Origin: an uncultured virus (IMG/VR IMGVR_UViG_3300044641_009778)
Taxonomy: Duplodnaviria; Heunggongvirae; Uroviricota; Caudoviricetes
DNA: 64,000 bases
Virus record (IMG/VR): IMGVR_UViG_3300044641_009778
Reading direction: 5' to 3' (one strand)
Shown: positions 18,965-29,059 of the stretch, in pieces
Numbering within the stretch: the stretch's first letter is position 1
How the letters are laid out: each line of letters begins with the position of its first letter
Notes under the pieces: model-generated
Databases searched by the model: none
Seen by the model: only the letters and a program-made list of their open reading frames with translations
What the model was told of the DNA's origin: nothing
Program-made: the position numbers and the translations under genes

Positions 18965-19615
18965 TTAGATGGTGGTGTGTGGTATCCATTGATAGGTTTT
19001 CTTCAATAGACGATGGCGGACTTCACTCCAGTCCGGGCTGTGACGAAAACTGCGAGCATAATAATTCCAGCTCCAGACCTTGCGACGTCGACCGATGTTG
19101 CGCAGTATGGCATAGGGATCCTGGCCTGGATAGTTGAAGCGAATTTCCATGGCTATGTCGTGAGCATAGGCATCGATTTCATCGAACTCTGCCAAATAGT
19201 CCATCTGATCTTTGTCGCTTTTGCGTCCGGCCTTGATGTCGTAGTACAGAGTATAGGGATTGTCCAGATGCTGACGTCGTTCACTCTGCGAACGATGCAG
19301 CAGTTCATGCTGCACGACCTGACTTAGCTGGAATCTAAATTCTCTCCAATTGTGAGCATCGATGATGAACTCATCCACACAGGTGGCAAAGTGCAGACTG
19401 ATGGTGATGTTGCGGACTTCAATGTCGCTGTCGAACAAACCACTCATGGCGCTCTGATGTGCCTCCAGACCAGCATCGGGCTGGAGATCGACTCGTACAT
19501 CAAATGGTTGCAGACAGGCCTGAATGCGACGACGTATCAGGGTGTGCGGCAGCGAGCCCCAGAGTTTCGGAGCCCAGCGATCAATCCTTTGGTTTATGTC
19601 CTTGGCCAGATACAC
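18965..19615 (-). CDS. zincin-like HExxH protein
   Basis: QHELLH...DEIDAYA; late promoter at 19636-19642. Confidence 0.65.
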   Translation of the reverse strand: MYLAKDINQRIDRWAPKLWGSLPHTLIRRRIQACLQPFDVRVDLQPDAGLEAHQSAMSGLFDSDIEVRNITISLHFATCVDEFIIDAHNWREFRFQLSQVVQHELLHRSQSERRQHLDNPYTLYYDIKAGRKSDKDQMDYLAEFDEIDAYAHDIAMEIRFNYPGQDPYAILRNIGRRRKVWSWNYYARSFRHSPDWSEVRHRLLKKTYQWIPHTTI

Positions 19616-19638
19616 GATGCCTCCGGGTTCAAACCTAT

Positions 19639-21012
19639 TTATATTTTGATTGAACTGAAGTCTCGACCGGGCTTGCTGCGGGGCTGCCAGCTGGTTTCGG
19701 TCTGTCCGCTGTCCACCAAATCACGCTGAGCCCGAGCCTCTACATCATAGAGCTTCATCTTGGCTCGATCTATGCCTATGACAAACTTGCGATTCGAGGT
19801 GGGGTCGTTGTAGCGATTCTTCAACTGCTTGACCATGAGCTGATTCAATCCTTCTAACTCTTCGGTGCTGATCAGGGCAAACATCAAATCCGCCGTAGCC
19901 GGCAGGCCAAACGATTCCGACGTGTCGGTAAGTTCAACATCGGTGTTGCTGTAGCCGGTGCGGGTAGTCTGTGTGGCCGTCAAGATCGGCACATTGTGTT
20001 CTACGGCCAGACCCCGCAGCTCTTCGGCTATGCTCTTTACCAGGGTATAGCTATTGACTGCTGAACTGGCCTTGAGTCTGGAACTCGAACAGATATTCAA
20101 ATAATCGATCATGATGATGTCGGGATGAAACTTTTGCTTGAGTGCGAGCTCGTTGAGCAGAGTTTTAAAATGTCCGCTGTGCGCCGACGCTGTTGGGTAT
20201 TCCTTGATAATCAATCTACCTTCGGTTTTATCCTTGATGCGCTGTATGCGATTGTCGAACATCTGTCGCGGAAGATCATGAAGTTGATCCATGGGCAGGT
20301 TCATCAAATTGGCATCGATGCGTTCTGCGATGCGTTCCTCGGCCATCTCCATGGTGATGTACAGCACATTGCGACCCATGCTCATGCTGGCAGCGGCTAC
20401 GTGACACATGAACAAACTCTTGCCCACGCCCGTACCGGCCAAGGCCACATTCAGGGTCTTATTGGGCAGGCCACCGTTGGTGATTTTGTTGAACATCTCC
20501 AGATCAAAGGCAATGCGACTTTCTACGCGATGATAGTATTCGAAGCGATCTGCGGAGTCAGTTAAATAGTCATGACCCACGCTGTTATCAAATCCCACAC
20601 TCAGTGCATCCTGCAGCAGACTGGGCAGGCCATCGGCCGTCATGTTCTTGTCGCGACCATCGATGATCTCAATGCTCTTCAATATGGCATTGTAGATGGC
20701 TCGATCCTTACACCAAGCTTCGGTCTCACGAGTCAGCCAGTCGTTGTTCACATCTTCGGCAGTCAGACTCTTTACAACTTCAGTGGCCTGTCGAAAGGCT
20801 TCTTCTTTGATCGTGGTCTTCTGCAGAGCAATTTCCAGAGCCTCCGCAGTAGGACAGTTATTGAAGTCTTCGATGAACTGCTGTATGCAGCGAAATACTG
20901 TGCGATATTCTTCGTCTCCGAAATATTCAGTCTTTAAAAAAGGAAAAACCCGGCGCATATAACCTTCGTTATGCACCAGGTTTCGAAGTATGGTCTTTTC
21001 AATTCGTTCCAT
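19639..21012 (-). CDS. 41: replicative DNA helicase (DnaB-like)
   Basis: AGTGVGKS, IDYLNIC, SESFGLPATAD. Confidence 0.97.
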   Translation of the reverse strand: MERIEKTILRNLVHNEGYMRRVFPFLKTEYFGDEEYRTVFRCIQQFIEDFNNCPTAEALEIALQKTTIKEEAFRQATEVVKSLTAEDVNNDWLTRETEAWCKDRAIYNAILKSIEIIDGRDKNMTADGLPSLLQDALSVGFDNSVGHDYLTDSADRFEYYHRVESRIAFDLEMFNKITNGGLPNKTLNVALAGTGVGKSLFMCHVAAASMSMGRNVLYITMEMAEERIAERIDANLMNLPMDQLHDLPRQMFDNRIQRIKDKTEGRLIIKEYPTASAHSGHFKTLLNELALKQKFHPDIIMIDYLNICSSSRLKASSAVNSYTLVKSIAEELRGLAVEHNVPILTATQTTRTGYSNTDVELTDTSESFGLPATADLMFALISTEELEGLNQLMVKQLKNRYNDPTSNRKFVIGIDRAKMKLYDVEARAQRDLVDSGQTETSWQPRSKPGRDFSSIKI

Positions 21013-21307
21013 CCGGTCCTTCGGTTAGGTATAGTTCTAGGATACTGTGTATTGTAGACTTAAATGCCGCAGAAGTCAATTCCTCTTCGCCATGACCTCC
21101 GGAATCCAGCACGTCATACTCATAGGCAATGCGGAGCTGGTCGTGTTCTTCGATGAAACGCACACGACCAATTCGAAATATTACTCCTTCGAAATCTCCG
21201 CTGCTGATGCGAACATTCCAGCTGTCATCAACTTCGCTGGCCAGCAGATCAGTCTTCGGATAGGCTGGCGTATTCTTCGTCGATTTCTTCTTTAGAAAGG
21301 TCATCAT
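20999..21307 (-). CDS. gp40-like protein
   Basis: Position between uvsX and 41; size. Confidence 0.55.
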   Translation of the reverse strand: MMTFLKKKSTKNTPAYPKTDLLASEVDDSWNVRISSGDFEGVIFRIGRVRFIEEHDQLRIAYEYDVLDSGGHGEEELTSAAFKSTIHSILELYLTEGPDGTN

Positions 21308-22307
21308 TGAGATTGTTGTTGCTTACATGGTAACGAGTTTCAACATAGTCGCGGAATTCACGGTTGCCGATTATGGGCATCCAAAACTCTTTGGTGTAAG
21401 TATCCTTGAGACGGAATTTTTGTTCTTCGCCCTTGCGACTATACCAACCGTTGCTGGGCTTAAAAACAAAGCCGCCTTCTTGTGCAACATCCAGCAGTCC
21501 ACTCCAGCGACTGATGCCGCCTTCGTAGGTGACTTCAACAGGTATGCGACTTTTCTCTCGAACATAGCGACTTTTTTCCACATTGATGATAAAATTGTAG
21601 CCCACAATTTCCTGACCGTCTTTTTCCTGCTGGCGACCGATGATGAAGATGTTGTCGGCTGAGTAGTAAATGCCGGTACCGCCGCTGACCACAGCCTTGG
21701 GAAACAGGCCTTGTTCCATGTAGGTATGGTTAACCACAATCATGGGAATGTCTTTGATGTTTAAATGCGGAGTTACCATACGGAACAGACTCTTGAGCTG
21801 CTTGGCTCGAGTCATGTCGGCCACGCTTTTACCTTCCAAGGCATCTTCGACTTCTTTCTTCGATGCCAGATTACCTACGCTGTCTACAATCACAATCACA
21901 TGGTCGCCGCGCTCCACACCATTGAGCTGCTGCATGCTATCGTGCTTGAGCTGTTCAATATCGGTTATGGGTGTATGAAGTACACGGGCTGTGTCAATTC
22001 CGAAGCTATCAAAATAAGACTGAGGGCTACCAAACTCACTATCGTAAAAAAGTACAACAGCGTCTTCATATTTGTCCATGTAGGCCTTGGCCAACATTAG
22101 GGCAAAGGCGGTTTTAAAATGCTTACTGGGTCCAGCGAACACAGTAAGGCCGGGTGCCAAACCTCCGTCCATTTTACCGCTGAGTGCGACATTGATCATC
22201 GGCACCGGCGTTTGAATAAGATCCTTGGCGTTGAAAAATTTACTTTCACTCAGCACCGCGGTGTCTTTGATGGTGCTGTTCTTCTGCAATTTACTAAGTA
22301 GACTCAT
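21249..22307 (-). CDS. uvsX: RecA-like recombinase
   Basis: AGPSKHFKT, YDSEFG, DSVGNLAS. Confidence 0.97.
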   Translation of the reverse strand: MSLLSKLQKNSTIKDTAVLSESKFFNAKDLIQTPVPMINVALSGKMDGGLAPGLTVFAGPSKHFKTAFALMLAKAYMDKYEDAVVLFYDSEFGSPQSYFDSFGIDTARVLHTPITDIEQLKHDSMQQLNGVERGDHVIVIVDSVGNLASKKEVEDALEGKSVADMTRAKQLKSLFRMVTPHLNIKDIPMIVVNHTYMEQGLFPKAVVSGGTGIYYSADNIFIIGRQQEKDGQEIVGYNFIINVEKSRYVREKSRIPVEVTYEGGISRWSGLLDVAQEGGFVFKPSNGWYSRKGEEQKFRLKDTYTKEFWMPIIGNREFRDYVETRYHVSNNNLNDDLSKEEIDEEYASLSED

Positions 22308-22327
22308 AATGTCTCCTGCAACTCATG

Positions 22328-22504
22328 TTAAGATGATTTATTTCTCTGCAATTTATTCTGCAGAGTACGATGTATTTCCTGCATTTCTTGGTGTGTAACT
22401 GTTTTAAGACGACACATCAGACATTCATTGTAGATTTCCACACTAACACCATGTGCATCATATTCAGTGAAACTTTTTTGACATTTGGGACATTGAATTT
22501 GCAT
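22328..22504 (-). CDS. 58-aa Zn-ribbon-like protein (not in ORF track)
   Basis: MQIQCPKC...ECLMC; AGGAG RBS. Confidence 0.6.
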   Translation of the reverse strand: MQIQCPKCQKSFTEYDAHGVSVEIYNECLMCRLKTVTHQEMQEIHRTLQNKLQRNKSS

Positions 22505-22512
22505 TATAGCTC

Positions 22513-24987
22513 CTAGGCAAATAAATCAGCCAAGCTGGCCTGCGGTGACGTATTCCAACCCAGCCCTTCGATGATACCATTCAGTGGTTCAATAAAACTT
22601 TTCTCCCACATTGTATCATAATCTACATAAGAAGTCAATTGTAATTCTTGGGGAAAATTGCCGACAAATCCGATGCAGTTTTCTTTGATGGGGTTGGGTT
22701 CGCGAAGGTAAAGAAATCGAATCTTTTCACCCTCTTGAATCTGTTGATATCGATCGGTTAGACCGCGTTGTTTGACGTAATGATTGAACAACAAGGCTCC
22801 GCGCACGTGCATGGGCGTGCCTTTAGAATATATATCGGTGCTGCTGGTGTACTTGGCCAAATTATTCACACCGCGCGGAAACGCAATGGCCTCCGGCGGG
22901 AGCTTAACATACTGAGTTTTCGCTTCCTTAATGAAGTCTTGAAGCGCAGCCTCGTCTTTGGAAATCGCAACCTTGACCGCATCCTTGAGTGTCTGGCGAA
23001 TAACTTCCGGAGTTGACGAACGGACAATTTCGAGCCCCATGACTTTGAGTTTCGGTTCTGCATACTGCACTCCTTCGTTGTTGAAGACATTGAGAGCATA
23101 GCGTTTCTTGGCCACCCAGATGCCGCGGGTCGCAATGGCTTCGCGCTTGAATACAATCTTCTGTTCAAAGGCCTGCGTATAGTCAGCCAAGTTACCGCAG
23201 GCTCGATTAATGGCCGGAGCGATCTTTTCTTCACAGATTCGATCTAATATGGCCACAATTTCTTCGTTGCTTTTATCGGCATAGTATTTCTTCACCAGGG
23301 GGTCCAATGTGATGTAGCAGCTATCTGTGTCGGAATAGAAGCTGTACACCACATCCTTGGTGCCGCAGACCTTGTTGAGATATTCATCCAAGGCTCGGCC
23401 TACTGTGCGAATGATGTATTGACCTGTGAGTGTAATGCCTTCGGCGATGCGATCATCGAAGTATCGGAAATAATAGTTGGCCCAGGCACCGTATAAACTA
23501 TTGAGCTGAATTTTGCGCGCCATCTGGAAATTATTATACTTGCTGATGTCGTTCTGATAGCGAGGATTTTTTGTTTCCTCGTAGAGACGCTGAGCCTCCA
23601 GCATTTTCTTTTTATAGTCCTGTCGATCCTTGAACAGCTTGGCCACCACTTCGGGAAACAAGCCGCGTCGGTCTCGGCGGAAATAATAACCGTTGGCACT
23701 CATGCAGTGTTCGATGTTTACTTGACGATCCAACAATCGATCCACCTTGGCGCTCATTACATCAGAATAACCTATGGGCTCGGCCAAGGGATTGAATTCT
23801 GTCATCAGAGTTTCCGGACTCATGTTGTACTGCATGATGATCGACGGATACAGACTGGTGGCATCAAAACTCACCACCCAATCATACTTGCCCGGCACTG
23901 GGTCCTGTACATAGGCACCTACAATGCTGCGATCCGGCCGACTGGTGTCACGCGGATGCACAACAATGTTCTGATCCCAGAGATGGTTATACAAGATACA
24001 GTCCCAGATGCGCACTGCGCTGAACACGTCGGCAAAATTACACTTGGCGTCGTAGGCCATGGTGAGCGCCAGCTCTATGAGCTTCATTTTATCTTCAAGT
24101 TGGCTTACTCGTTCAACGTCGATGCGGTTATACTCTACGAACCGATCCCAGTCGTTGGTATAAAATTCTCGAAAGGTATTAAAAGGATTGTCCAGTTTAC
24201 CAACACCTAACTCCACCTTACAAATATAATCCAGCTTATAGCTTTCCTGAGCGTTGTAGGTAAACTTCTTATAAAGGTCCAGATAGTCAAGTTGGTTTAC
24301 ACCGGCAATGTCATAGGTCACCAGCACCTTGTCGTTCATTTTAATTTCGCGAGCGCGTACTGTGCGCCAGGGACTGAGCTGTTTGACAGCGTCTTCGCCT
24401 AGAACACGGCGGATGCGATGCACCAAATAAGGAACATCAAACAAACCAATATTCCAACCAGTGATAACATCTGGACAGCGATGTACCCAATCAGCAATAA
24501 ATCGTTTGAGCATATCGCTCTCAGATACGAAATCTCGGATGCTATACGTCGTAATATTTTTCGTGGCATAGTCTTGACTGCTGATCAGCAGTATGCGTTC
24601 GTTGGCAGTATCGATGTTGGGAAAGCCTGACTCGGTTTCAGTTTCAATATCGATGCTGGCGATGTAGATTTCCGACATATCAAAATCGATCTGGCCAGCA
24701 TAGTTTTCTGTGATGTACTGATACTGCCAGTTGGTGTTGCCATGGATGCGCATGTTGCTCACACCATCGTAGTTCTTGATGAAGTCACGCGCTTCTGCAA
24801 CGTCGGCAAACTCCATGGGCTCCAGGGCTTCGCCGAAAAGATTGTGATATACGGCCTCGCCGGGACGATTCTTGGGTAGGAATAATCGGGGCTGAAACTG
24901 AGCTTTCTTTTCGAATCTGCGACCGTTATGGACGCCCCTGACGCAGATGCTGTTGCCGATCTGTGCTACATTGGTATAAAACTTCAT
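22513..24987 (-). CDS. 43: family B DNA polymerase
   Basis: DIET exonuclease motif, DATSLYPS, KIQLNSLYG, YSDTDS. Confidence 0.98.
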   Translation of the reverse strand: MKFYTNVAQIGNSICVRGVHNGRRFEKKAQFQPRLFLPKNRPGEAVYHNLFGEALEPMEFADVAEARDFIKNYDGVSNMRIHGNTNWQYQYITENYAGQIDFDMSEIYIASIDIETETESGFPNIDTANERILLISSQDYATKNITTYSIRDFVSESDMLKRFIADWVHRCPDVITGWNIGLFDVPYLVHRIRRVLGEDAVKQLSPWRTVRAREIKMNDKVLVTYDIAGVNQLDYLDLYKKFTYNAQESYKLDYICKVELGVGKLDNPFNTFREFYTNDWDRFVEYNRIDVERVSQLEDKMKLIELALTMAYDAKCNFADVFSAVRIWDCILYNHLWDQNIVVHPRDTSRPDRSIVGAYVQDPVPGKYDWVVSFDATSLYPSIIMQYNMSPETLMTEFNPLAEPIGYSDVMSAKVDRLLDRQVNIEHCMSANGYYFRRDRRGLFPEVVAKLFKDRQDYKKKMLEAQRLYEETKNPRYQNDISKYNNFQMARKIQLNSLYGAWANYYFRYFDDRIAEGITLTGQYIIRTVGRALDEYLNKVCGTKDVVYSFYSDTDSCYITLDPLVKKYYADKSNEEIVAILDRICEEKIAPAINRACGNLADYTQAFEQKIVFKREAIATRGIWVAKKRYALNVFNNEGVQYAEPKLKVMGLEIVRSSTPEVIRQTLKDAVKVAISKDEAALQDFIKEAKTQYVKLPPEAIAFPRGVNNLAKYTSSTDIYSKGTPMHVRGALLFNHYVKQRGLTDRYQQIQEGEKIRFLYLREPNPIKENCIGFVGNFPQELQLTSYVDYDTMWEKSFIEPLNGIIEGLGWNTSPQASLADLFA

Positions 24988-25012
24988 TGATGCTCCGGGG
25001 TCAATTACCTAG

Positions 25013-25041
25013 ATTATAAATACTACGGGGTGCGATGTCAA
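25013..25041. promoter_or_regulatory. overlapping divergent promoters: - strand sigma70 (gene 43) and + strand late TATAAATA
   Basis: - strand TTGACA-N17-TATAAT; + strand TATAAATA at 25015-25022. Confidence 0.7.
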
Positions 25042-25102
25042 GTATATTATCGCAGCCGTGATATGTCAATAACTAAATTAAAAACGACATTGATCGAACC
25101 AA

Positions 25103-25876
25103 ATGGATCCAGTAACACTATTTGCCCTCGCTAACGGCGCGGTCAAATTAGTCAAAGAAGGCTGTAAGCTCTACAAGGACATCAAGGGCGCAGCGGGCGA
25201 TGTTAAAGATGTCCTAAAGGACTTGGATGACCAGTTTCATACAAGGTTCCGTGATCGTGCGCCCAGTGTTGCGGAAAAGAACCAGTATGTTACCGAAAGA
25301 AATCGAGTCATTGAGCTCAACAAGCGCAATGGCGAAACCACCAATATCTATCAGGAAATCGGCAATCATCTAGGAACATATTTCGATAATTATCACAAGT
25401 GTTTCGCCATCTTTGAAGAAGAAGAACGCCGCAGTAAAAACGAAGTCTACGTCGGCGATGACAGCATTGGCAAACGAGCCCTGATGCGCGTGTTGATGAA
25501 GAAACAACTGGAAGCCATGGCCACCGAACTGCGTGAGATCATGGTGTACAATAGCCCTCCGGAATTGGGCGCACTCTGGACCGAAGTCAGCGAAATGATG
25601 CAGGTCATGGGCAAGGAACAGAAGCTGGCCATAGCTCGACAGATGCGTCGCAATGCCGAACAGGCCAAAATTGATCGGCGACGTCGTAAAAAACTTTTAT
25701 ACAAAGTAACGTGTTGGAGTTTAGTAACAATTTTTATCGCCAGCATCATCATAATATTTGCCTTGGTGATAAACTATAGAATTGAACGCTATCCGGAACT
25801 TGGTAACTGCATACCACCCAAGGGCAGCTGGTTATATAAAAAGTGGACCAATTTAGTTTGGGCCGAATGCGAATAA
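25103..25876 (+). CDS. helical protein with C-terminal TM segment
   Basis: First gene of + strand cassette; basic patch then hydrophobic helix. Confidence 0.75.
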   Translation: MDPVTLFALANGAVKLVKEGCKLYKDIKGAAGDVKDVLKDLDDQFHTRFRDRAPSVAEKNQYVTERNRVIELNKRNGETTNIYQEIGNHLGTYFDNYHKCFAIFEEEERRSKNEVYVGDDSIGKRALMRVLMKKQLEAMATELREIMVYNSPPELGALWTEVSEMMQVMGKEQKLAIARQMRRNAEQAKIDRRRRKKLLYKVTCWSLVTIFIASIIIIFALVINYRIERYPELGNCIPPKGSWLYKKWTNLVWAECE

Positions 25877-25891
25877 CCTTAAGGAGCAATC

Positions 25892-26122
25892 ATGTGGTGG
25901 CAACCTCAGATAGAACTACCTAATATCAAGACCTCGGTGGAAAAGCAGCAAAAATTTTTATGCGAATTTGTTGACATAAAACGCAATGGCTGGCGGCACT
26001 ATAGCACGGCACTCAATGATTTAACCTATGAGTTTTATCGGCCTCTGTTGAAACGTCTGGACCAGCAGGTCGAAGACTTTGCAGAGAATTTAAAAACTGC
26101 AATTAGGACACCTATTCTATGA
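25892..26122 (+). CDS. hypothetical protein
   Basis: AAGGAG RBS. Confidence 0.65.
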   Translation: MWWQPQIELPNIKTSVEKQQKFLCEFVDIKRNGWRHYSTALNDLTYEFYRPLLKRLDQQVEDFAENLKTAIRTPIL

Positions 26123-26301
26123 AATACCTAGCATTACTGCTGGTCTTGGCCGGCTGTGATCAATACTATCGTTATCCCTGTCAAGACCCAACCAATTGGA
26201 ACACACCGCAGTGCAAACCTCCGGTGTGTGAAGTAAACCGAGATTGTCCACATCTAATCTTTGACAAGGATGTTACAAATGGCAAAAACAAAAACAACTA
26301 A
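26119..26301 (+). CDS. small Cys-rich lipoprotein
   Basis: Signal peptide with LAG-C lipobox; four further Cys. Confidence 0.75.
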   Translation: MKYLALLLVLAGCDQYYRYPCQDPTNWNTPQCKPPVCEVNRDCPHLIFDKDVTNGKNKNN

Positions 26302-26641
26302 GCCCGGTGAGCGCTACACCGAACAAGAACTCATGGTGCGACTCAAGGTATTCATCGGCGTTTGTCTAGCCACTACCTTGATTGGTATTGTATTTGTAGT
26401 GTTGTACAGTATCATTTTTGTAACACAGCCCTTGGATGCCATCAGTCCCATAGACAGCAAATTCTTTGAACTGATTATTCCAGTGGCGACTTTCCTCTGC
26501 GGTACTCTGAGTGGCATTATGTTGGCTGGTACAGGTCGCGAAGCTGCCATGGCTGGTGCAGAAATGCAGCGCCAGGCTCAAGAAGCAGCTGCCGGTGAAA
26601 ATTACGGCCCGGACCCTGAGCCCGAAGAAGTTCGATCATAA
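26279..26641 (+). CDS. two-TM membrane protein (holin-like?)
   Basis: Two hydrophobic helices; AAGGA RBS before MAKTK. Confidence 0.65.
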   Translation: MAKTKTTKPGERYTEQELMVRLKVFIGVCLATTLIGIVFVVLYSIIFVTQPLDAISPIDSKFFELIIPVATFLCGTLSGIMLAGTGREAAMAGAEMQRQAQEAAAGENYGPDPEPEEVRS

Positions 26642-26679
26642 CCCGTGGGCGGTCAGCGTCCACCTAACCTGGAGTAATC

Positions 26680-26985
26680 ATGCGTAATTTACTTTTAACT
26701 CTGTTGTTGGTGCCGACGCTGGCCTGGTCTGCAAATTTTAAATACGACAAAACCATAGTCTGTGGTGACCGTCAGGACATCATTGCGGATCTGCGGGGCG
26801 ACAAATATTCAGAGTCGCCGCTGTGGCGGGGGCTGGATGCCAATGACGACAGCGAATATCTGATGTTGGTGAATCATCGCACCGGCACCTGGAGCATACT
26901 GCAGATGAATGCCACTACGGCTTGCGTATTGGGCGTGGGCACCAGCATTAAGATCATGCTGGACAATCTGGGCAATTCTATCTAA
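26680..26985 (+). CDS. secreted protein
   Basis: Sec signal ...LAWSA; GGAG RBS; two Cys. Confidence 0.65.
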   Translation: MRNLLLTLLLVPTLAWSANFKYDKTIVCGDRQDIIADLRGDKYSESPLWRGLDANDDSEYLMLVNHRTGTWSILQMNATTACVLGVGTSIKIMLDNLGNSI

Positions 26986-27930
26986 CTAGGCCTGGCCACC
27001 AAAACGTGGTCGGTCAAACGCTCGGTCCTGGGTCATGACCCAGGTTCCACCCAGAGCTCGCCAGTCGGTGGCGGCTGCGGCTCGCGCGCCGTTGCTTAAA
27101 TTAATCAAAGGATTGACTGTGTCGTTGTCGGCGCTGACTGCGGCAAAGTTAAGATGATGACTATTGGGTCCGCGCGTAATTTTGGTTATGTCAAATCTTT
27201 TCGGCGCCCAAAGTCCACCGATGTATTCTCCGAACCATTCTGGTCCAAGTATGACATCGTCCAACAGGATATGATCCGCAACGCGCATATCAGCATAGGG
27301 TGTTGAACCATAGATGCCGATGTACTGAGTTTGACCGGGGTTGTTCATGTAGCCATTGTTGTTGACCGTAGGCTGTGTATTAGTGGTGAACGCAGTTTGT
27401 CGTTCACCGTTGACCCAGAGACGCACACGATCTGAAATTGCAGCATTGCTGATGTCCGCAGTAAGATGCACATTATGCCATTGATTCAGCGGCCAGGTCT
27501 GTACAGTGTCCAATCGCCAACGAAAAACCGACGCTACATAGGCATAGGCCTGTATGCCACCGTTGAGAAGAAAGCCGATGTTGTCATAGTTGCCAGCTGC
27601 ATTGTAGGCTGCCATGAAGTAGTTGTTGCTGGCAAATGCTAGCTGCTTGACCCAGACATTAATGGTGTAGCGATTGGCATTACAACCCGATGGAGCAGTG
27701 CGTTGCAAATACTGAGTACGCGCCGAATTGAACTGCAGACTGGCCGGCGGTCGATAGCTCGGTATGTTTTCTAGATTCTGTAAATTTACGGCGCTGGCAT
27801 CGTTGGCTCCGCGACCCAGACGATCTCGCACAACGGCATTGTCCAAGGACATGGGCTGATCCGCAGCAATTCCTAGCTCGGTGCGAAGATCGGCAAAACT
27901 GAACTGCTGTCCGAACCTAGGCAAGGCCAC
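26986..27930 (-). CDS. LamG/ConA-like adhesin
   Basis: MALP...SFADLRTELG N-terminus; YTINVWVK, WHNVHLT, RLWVNG. Confidence 0.75.
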   Translation of the reverse strand: MALPRFGQQFSFADLRTELGIAADQPMSLDNAVVRDRLGRGANDASAVNLQNLENIPSYRPPASLQFNSARTQYLQRTAPSGCNANRYTINVWVKQLAFASNNYFMAAYNAAGNYDNIGFLLNGGIQAYAYVASVFRWRLDTVQTWPLNQWHNVHLTADISNAAISDRVRLWVNGERQTAFTTNTQPTVNNNGYMNNPGQTQYIGIYGSTPYADMRVADHILLDDVILGPEWFGEYIGGLWAPKRFDITKITRGPNSHHLNFAAVSADNDTVNPLINLSNGARAAAATDWRALGGTWVMTQDRAFDRPRFGGQA

Positions 27931-28429
27931 GACGAATCTCCTGTAGCTGTTCGTCCAACTCTTTGATGGCTTGAATCAACAGCGGCACCAGTCGTTCGTA
28001 ACGCACCGTTAGATAGTTGGCATCTATGGGCGCGGGTGCTACGGCTTCGGGCATCACGGCCTGTACTTCCTGCGCACTCACACCAACCTGCGTAACTTCT
28101 GTGTCATAGCCATACGAACCAGCAACCTCGTTGCCTCGATAATAGAAGCCCGACAACGTACGAATTTTAGCCAAGGCATCTTCGATGTTGCCAATGCGGG
28201 TCTTCATGCGTTCGTCGCTGTAGAATGCGGTAATGTTGTTGGTGCAGCGAATTTCGCCGGGCACGCCGATGTCCTGGGTACCCACGCTGAGACTGTTGAG
28301 AATTACTACGGGCTCGACATAGGTGGGCTCGGCCTGTGGTTTAACCTGCTGTCGCACCGTAGTAAAGGTTTGATTGATCGACGGTGCATATACAGTCTCG
28401 AAATTTTGATTTTGAACTTGATTGGGCAC
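27917..28429 (-). CDS. peptidase S74 intramolecular chaperone-domain protein
   Basis: YSDERMK...GVSAQEV...YERLVPLLIQAIKEL; late promoter at 28453-28459. Confidence 0.85.
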   Translation of the reverse strand: MPNQVQNQNFETVYAPSINQTFTTVRQQVKPQAEPTYVEPVVILNSLSVGTQDIGVPGEIRCTNNITAFYSDERMKTRIGNIEDALAKIRTLSGFYYRGNEVAGSYGYDTEVTQVGVSAQEVQAVMPEAVAPAPIDANYLTVRYERLVPLLIQAIKELDEQLQEIRRGLA

Positions 28430-28464
28430 GATAACTCCTCAGTGGAATGCGCTATTTATCTGCA

Positions 28465-28884
28465 TTAATCAGTAACTTCTCGCCAGGTCTGATCGCCCAG
28501 CCACTGTATCTTGCAGACATATTCGTATTTATCGGGCGCGCCTGTGGTCCAATCATCTGGACCCATGTTGCTTAGACGACTAATGCCGTCGATGTGATCC
28601 CAGATTAGCCAGTAGAAACCGCCGGGATAGATCTGAAATCTATACTCAGCGGCATGCACAAGATCCGTGATCCAGAGTCGACGCTTGATGTCTTCGGCCT
28701 GCTTCTGCAATACCTTCACCAACTCCATGATGCGATTGTATTCCTGTTCGGCATTCATGCGCGCAGCGTTGATCATGAGATCTTTCTGCTGTTTGACCGG
28801 CACTAGCTCAAATTTCGGCGCACCAACATCCAGAGCATATTCTACGCTGCTTTTCTTCCAGGGATCGTACTCGGTAAGTTTCAT
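28465..28884 (-). CDS. DUF2452-like protein
   Basis: Y..DVGAPKF N-terminus, coiled coil, W-rich end. Confidence 0.65.
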   Translation of the reverse strand: MKLTEYDPWKKSSVEYALDVGAPKFELVPVKQQKDLMINAARMNAEQEYNRIMELVKVLQKQAEDIKRRLWITDLVHAAEYRFQIYPGGFYWLIWDHIDGISRLSNMGPDDWTTGAPDKYEYVCKIQWLGDQTWREVTD

Positions 28885-28890
28885 GGTGTC

Positions 28891-28966
28891 TGGTCCGACC
28901 GGCAGGATTCGAACCCACATCGGTACAAGGTAGAAGCTTGTTGCCTATCCATTCGGCCACGGTCGG
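28891..28966 (-). tRNA. tRNA-Arg(TCT)
   Basis: Cloverleaf; loop CTTCTAC; encoded CCA. Confidence 0.85.
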
Positions 28967-28969
28967 GAT

Positions 28970-29054
28970 TGGTGCGAGCAGAGGGACTTGAACCCTCATG
29001 ACTTGCGTCGGCAGATTTTAAGTCTGCTGTGTATACCGATTCCACCATGCTCAC
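28970..29054 (-). tRNA. tRNA-Leu(TAA)
   Basis: GCAGA-CTTAAAA-TCTGC; long variable arm; CCA. Confidence 0.9.
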
Positions 29055-29059
29055 ATAGT

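Noticed and set aside
394..24630. Numerous long + strand ORFs
   Set aside because: They are antisense shadows of well-supported - strand genes, with no motifs. The same applies right of 27 kb.
19639..24987. Introns or inteins in 41, uvsX, 43
   Set aside because: Lengths and motif spacing are ordinary; no insertions seen.
28891..28966. Amber suppressor tRNA / TAG recoding
   Set aside because: The 7-nt loop CTTCTAC centres on TCT (Arg). Core genes are intact in code 11 and gene 43 ends in TAG.
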